DNA of 64,000 bases. Source: Planctomycetota bacterium. Its GTDB lineage: Bacteria > Planctomycetota > B15-G4. This document shows, piece by piece, positions 59,724 to 64,000 of this stretch (position 1 is the first letter of the stretch; each line of letters begins with the position of its first letter). The stretch spans positions 4,160,001-4,224,000 of the forward strand of contig CBDFJQ010000002.1 in assembly GCA_965248575.1 (NCBI GenBank). Reading direction: 5' to 3'. Both the position numbers and the translations under genes were made by a program. The notes beneath the pieces are model-generated. The model saw only the letters and a program-made list of their open reading frames with translations, searched no databases and was not told where the DNA came from.

Positions 59724-60992
59724 CTAGGAATTCGGGCGGGGAATGGCCCGTACGAGGCGGCCCATGCTCAGGCCCTGGACCAGGATCGAGAAGACCACCA
59801 CGACGTAGGTGATGGTCAGGAGGGGCGCACGGGCCTCCAGCGAGGCCGGGAGGGACAGGGCCAGGGCAATGGAGATACCGCCCCTGAGGCCGCCCCAGGT
59901 CATGATTCGCACCGCGTGGGGGGTGAAGGGCCGGAAACGGCTCAGGAGCCTCACGGTGCCGCCCACGCTGGTCAGGCGGGCCAGGAGGACGAGCGGGATG
60001 GCCACGACGCCCAAGGCCAGGTGTGACGCGGGAAAATCGAGCACCAGCAGCTCCATCCCGATGAACACGAAGAGCAGCACGTTGAGGATGCCGTCCACGA
60101 GCTCCCAGAACGTGTCGATGTGTCGCCGGGTGGTGTCGGACATGGCGTAGACCCGCCCGGTGTTGCCCACGAAGAGGCCGGCCACCACGACCGCCAGGGG
60201 GCCCGAGCTGTGGACCGCCGTGGCCAGGGAGTAGACCCCCATGCACAGGGCCAGGGTGAGCATGACCTCGACCTGGTAGTTGTCGACCGACTTGAGCATG
60301 CGATACGCGAGCCAGCCGGTGAGCAGGCCGAGCAGGAGGCTGCCCACGACCTCCTGGGCGAAGAAAGCGGCGATGGCCGAGGCACCCATGCTCTCGGCAC
60401 CGTGGCCAGCGCCGCCGCTGTTCGTCGCGGCGACCTGCATCAGCACGCTGAAGACCACCACACCGATGCCGTCGTTGAAGAGGCTCTCCCCGGCGATCTT
60501 GGTCTCGAGTGACTTGGGCGCGCCGGCGGACTTGAGAATGGAGAGGACGGCGATGGGGTCCGTGGGCGCGATGAGGGCACCGAACAGCAGGCAGGGCAGG
60601 AAACCCAGGGAGACGCCGAAGGCTGCAGACGCCAGGTAGATCATTCCGCCCACCAGGACCGTGGTGACGACGACTCCCACGGTGGCCAGGCAAGCGATGA
60701 CCCACTTCTGGCCCAGGAGGTCGCTCAGGTCGATGTGCAGCGCCCCGGCGAAGAGCAGGAACGCGAGCATCACGTCCATCAATGCATGCTCGAAGTCCAA
60801 GGTGGCGAGGATGCTCTCGACCGAGTCCACCAAGTGGATGCCGACGGCATCCAGGCCCATCAGCACCAGGGACATCACCAGGGCGACGACCATCACGCCC
60901 ACCGTCGTGGGCAGCTTGATGAAGCGGTGGTTCACCCAGGAGAAGACCGCCGCAACGACGATCATCAAGGAGATGAGGGGGAACACGTCCAT
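59724..60992 (-). CDS. CPA1 family Na+/H+ antiporter (NhaP-like)
   Basis: PTDPIAV, GESLFND and WGGLRG motifs; polytopic membrane protein. Confidence 0.9.
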   Translation of the reverse strand: MDVFPLISLMIVVAAVFSWVNHRFIKLPTTVGVMVVALVMSLVLMGLDAVGIHLVDSVESILATLDFEHALMDVMLAFLLFAGALHIDLSDLLGQKWVIACLATVGVVVTTVLVGGMIYLASAAFGVSLGFLPCLLFGALIAPTDPIAVLSILKSAGAPKSLETKIAGESLFNDGIGVVVFSVLMQVAATNSGGAGHGAESMGASAIAAFFAQEVVGSLLLGLLTGWLAYRMLKSVDNYQVEVMLTLALCMGVYSLATAVHSSGPLAVVVAGLFVGNTGRVYAMSDTTRRHIDTFWELVDGILNVLLFVFIGMELLVLDFPASHLALGVVAIPLVLLARLTSVGGTVRLLSRFRPFTPHAVRIMTWGGLRGGISIALALSLPASLEARAPLLTITYVVVVFSILVQGLSMGRLVRAIPRPNS

Positions 60993-61057
60993 CGAGGCTG
61001 CCTCAGTCGGTTCGGGAAGAGGGGCTCACCCTGTCCGCTCGACGGACGGAAGGCAAG

Positions 61058-63565
61058 TCAGTCATGCATGGGGAGCGAGCACGCGCCCAAGTCGCTCCCG
61101 ATGGGGCTACCGGGTGGGAGAGGCGAGGCCGGGCGAACTGCAGGGTCGGCTGTCGCTGGGCGGCTCAGGAAGCGCTCGATGCTGCGCCGCAGGGCCGCCT
61201 GTTCCGGCAGGCTCTCGAGGCGGGCGCTGAGCGTGCTCAGGGCGGATTCGGCATCGCCGCGGACCCAGGCGGTGGCCCTGGGGTCGGCGGCCAATCCCAT
61301 CAGCTCGTCCACGAGAACCGACTGCACCACGGCTTGGACGGCCCGCAGTCGTGGCGAACTCGCCGAGCTCCCGAACGCTGAATCCATGAGGGTGTCCGTG
61401 AGCCAGCGCAGGTCGGGCAGGTCGCCGTCGCGGCGGTGCTGATCGACGAGGCGTGCGCAGCGTGCGGGTTGAAGCAGGGCGTTGAGCACCTGCCTGGCAG
61501 CGCTCGCAGCGGCGCCAAGGGCGTCGAAAGCAGGGGAGGTGCTGGAGGCGAACTGCTCCCGGTTGTGGGGGCTTCCGGGCGGGCGCGGATGGAGCAGGGA
61601 CAAGGTGCTCTCGGCGAGGTCGAGGGCTTCGGGGCGCAGGGCGCTGAGGAGGGCCGCCACGGCCGCTCGTTGTTGCTCCCCCGCGACCGACTTCACGGCG
61701 TGCAGTTCCCCATCGTTCAGGGCGTGGGTGTACTCGATGCCTCCCACGGACTTCGCGGCGGCGTCGACCTGAAAGCGGTGATGGAAGTAGACAGTGGCCA
61801 GCAGCTCTTCGAGCTCGGCAAGCGGTCGTCCGTCCGCCAGCCGTGTGGCATCGAATCGATCCAGGGCCCAGCGGCGTACGGCGAGGCTCTTGAGCAGTTG
61901 CTCGACGCTGTCAGCACCGTTGTCCCAGAGGTTGGCCTGTGGGTGAGCGGCGCTGGCGGCCCGCGCATCCCCATCCGAAAGGAAGGGGATCTCGCTCTGG
62001 GAGACGCCGATCAACTCGCTCAGGAACGCCTCTTCGGGCGAACCGGCGTCCACCTCGCTGTAGAGCCAGAAGAGGGAGCGTTTGTCCCACGGGCCGAGCC
62101 CCACGCCGTAGACCATCGAGAGGTCCAGACCGCCCTGCCCATCGAGGTCGACGTTGGGCGCCGGGTAGTCCATGACCGACCCGTTGAAGACGGTGCTCGC
62201 GGCGAAGTTGTGCGCGAACCCGAGCGTGTGGCCCACTTCGTGGGCTGCCAGTTGGCGGATGCGCATCAGGGCCAATTGGACCGGGTCGTGCACGCTCCCG
62301 TCGCCGCTGTGAGCGGTTCCGAGCAAGCCTTCGAAGAGCAGCCGGTCCTGGCGAATGCGCAAGGACCCGAGGGTCACGTGGCCCTTGATGATCTCACCCG
62401 TTCGCGGGTCGATGATGGAGTTGCCGTAGGACCATCCGCGGGTGGAGCGGTGCACCCATTGGATGACGTTGAAGCGGACGTCCAGGGGGTGAGCGTCTTC
62501 GGGCAAGAGGCGGACTTCATAGGCGTCCACGAAGCCCGCCGCGTCGAAGGCCTCGGCCCACCAGGAGGCTCCCTCAAGCAAGGCGCCGCGCACCTGTTCG
62601 GGGGCTCCGCGGTCCACGTAATAGATGATGGGTTCTTCGACGCGCGACCGGGAAGCACTGGGGTCGACGGCCTTCAGGCGATGGCGGGTTGCCCACTGGG
62701 TCCGGACGGCGTCGGTGAGGGCGGCCGTGGTGTCCTGAAAGCTCAGGGCGTTCCAGCCTGCGCGCGGGTCATGGACTCGTGGCGTGTAGCCGTCGTCGGG
62801 CAGGCGCACCAGGGAGAGATGCTGCACCAGGCTGACGGAGTTGGCAGTGGGGGCCGTGGCTTGCACCAAGCCCCCGGGCGCGTCGGCTCCGAAGGTGAGC
62901 AAGGCCTCGAACTCGAGGTTGTCTGGAAACGCGAGGCAAGCCGTGGTGTCCACGAGGCTGCGGTTCAGGTCGAGGGAGAAGTTCCCCTGCCCGCTGTTGC
63001 CCAGGGTCGTGGCCACGCCGTGGGCGTCCCGCAGCAAGAAGCTCGTGATCTCCAGCTTGGCTTGTCCCGAGGCGTCCACCGACTCGACTGTTCCGGCCCA
63101 CAAGACGGAGGTGGCGAAGGACTCTCGTGTCGCCCGCTCGGCGGCGAGGTTTCCAGAGGGGGCCCGGAAGCGCAGGTTGGGCTGCTCAAAGAACACGCGT
63201 TTGCCCTGGCGGCGCACGCTGATCAGGCGCGCTTCGCCGATCTGACCGCGGTCGAGGCCCACGTCGTTGTGGCCCAGCCCCGTGGCAATGCCCTCCAAGT
63301 ACAGGTAGCGCCCGACCTCACCGGCCGGCGCATCGTCTCGACCATGGGGTGCAGGCAAGGTGATGAACACCTTGCCGCCGTTGTCATCCAGCTCCAGGTC
63401 GAGCAACCCTGGCTGCTGGCGACGCTCGGAGTCCTCGCCGCCGTCTCGAGCCTGGCCGGACGATGTGTGGGCGCAGGCCGTGAGCAAGGCCACCGTGGCC
63501 AGGCACACAACCCAGCTCACCCGGCAAGGGAAGGCGATGCCGAGTGGCTTCGAGGGTTCGCGCAT
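61058..63565 (-). CDS. Zinc-dependent metalloprotease lipoprotein (metzincin, DUF4953/DUF5117-like)
   Basis: AHEVGHTLGFAHN and SVMDY Met-turn; LLTAC lipobox. Confidence 0.88.
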   Translation of the reverse strand: MREPSKPLGIAFPCRVSWVVCLATVALLTACAHTSSGQARDGGEDSERRQQPGLLDLELDDNGGKVFITLPAPHGRDDAPAGEVGRYLYLEGIATGLGHNDVGLDRGQIGEARLISVRRQGKRVFFEQPNLRFRAPSGNLAAERATRESFATSVLWAGTVESVDASGQAKLEITSFLLRDAHGVATTLGNSGQGNFSLDLNRSLVDTTACLAFPDNLEFEALLTFGADAPGGLVQATAPTANSVSLVQHLSLVRLPDDGYTPRVHDPRAGWNALSFQDTTAALTDAVRTQWATRHRLKAVDPSASRSRVEEPIIYYVDRGAPEQVRGALLEGASWWAEAFDAAGFVDAYEVRLLPEDAHPLDVRFNVIQWVHRSTRGWSYGNSIIDPRTGEIIKGHVTLGSLRIRQDRLLFEGLLGTAHSGDGSVHDPVQLALMRIRQLAAHEVGHTLGFAHNFAASTVFNGSVMDYPAPNVDLDGQGGLDLSMVYGVGLGPWDKRSLFWLYSEVDAGSPEEAFLSELIGVSQSEIPFLSDGDARAASAAHPQANLWDNGADSVEQLLKSLAVRRWALDRFDATRLADGRPLAELEELLATVYFHHRFQVDAAAKSVGGIEYTHALNDGELHAVKSVAGEQQRAAVAALLSALRPEALDLAESTLSLLHPRPPGSPHNREQFASSTSPAFDALGAAASAARQVLNALLQPARCARLVDQHRRDGDLPDLRWLTDTLMDSAFGSSASSPRLRAVQAVVQSVLVDELMGLAADPRATAWVRGDAESALSTLSARLESLPEQAALRRSIERFLSRPATADPAVRPASPLPPGSPIGSDLGACSLPMHD

Positions 63566-63634
63566 GCCAGATCTCCGGGGGGCCGTGGGGACGACACCCT
63601 GGAGATCGCCCCGGGGGGCGTCAAGGGTTGCGGC

Positions 63635-64000
63635 CTAGTGCCGTTCGTTCTGGGCGAGGTAGCGGATGCTGTTGCGGCAGTACATGGCCGAATGCACTTC
63701 GCTAAGCTGCGAATAGCTGACCCCGTCTTCCAGGAAGTCGAGGTGCGAGATGATGCTGCCGACGCGAGGCATCATGCCCGCCATGGCTTTCACCATGGTC
63801 TTGACCTCGGCCTTGTCACTGTTCTCGGTGGCAGCCAGGAGCATGAAGTTGAGACCGCCACTGACCATCTGGAAGGCGGTCTGGGTCTCGGCGAGGCGCA
63901 TGCCGAAGGGCGTCAGGCTGGCGAAGGCCATGGGGTTGTCGGTGAGACGGTTCCCGGACAGCAGCGCGGGATGATCCTCGATGCCATCCACCTCGCCCGC
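63635..64000 (-). CDS. Hypothetical protein, 5' end outside window
   Basis: Frame stays open to the window edge; GC-rich third positions. Confidence 0.6.
   Translation of the reverse strand, partial: AGEVDGIEDHPALLSGNRLTDNPMAFASLTPFGMRLAETQTAFQMVSGGLNFMLLAATENSDKAEVKTMVKAMAGMMPRVGSIISHLDFLEDGVSYSQLSEVHSAMYCRNSIRYLAQNERH

Overview
High-GC bacterial chromosomal segment, probably Planctomycetota (inferred from gene content, not proven). It holds about 50 credible CDSs and no rRNA, tRNA or CRISPR array that I can support. Housekeeping and metabolic genes include a squalene synthase-like gene at the left edge, an SDR-tesA/ybbA-ybbP locus, a phoA-like gene, cutC, recD2, an rluD-like gene, gltX, a TrmH methylase, a beta-oxidation operon, a PfkB kinase, a hybrid histidine kinase and an Na+/H+ antiporter. 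Highlights: (1) a four-gene minus-strand operon (37343-45298) that reads as a complete trans-envelope electron conduit: a circularly permuted FAD/NAD(P)H-ferredoxin oxidoreductase fused to a His-bearing membrane domain, a 26-heme cytochrome, an outer-membrane beta-barrel and a 19-heme lipoprotein. It is preceded by a terminator/anti-terminator leader. (2) An integrase-less integron cassette array (7679-10148) with attC sites and a Lit-like HExxH protease cassette. (3) A displaced, diverged copy of the 3' end of a GT2 gene bracketing a PadR/serine-hydrolase pair. (4) A shared ~120-aa C-terminal domain on two unrelated exported proteins, a candidate sorting domain. (5) An NsrR-like regulator/globin module with a perfect palindromic operator. 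All family calls are from motif reading by eye; no database searches were run.
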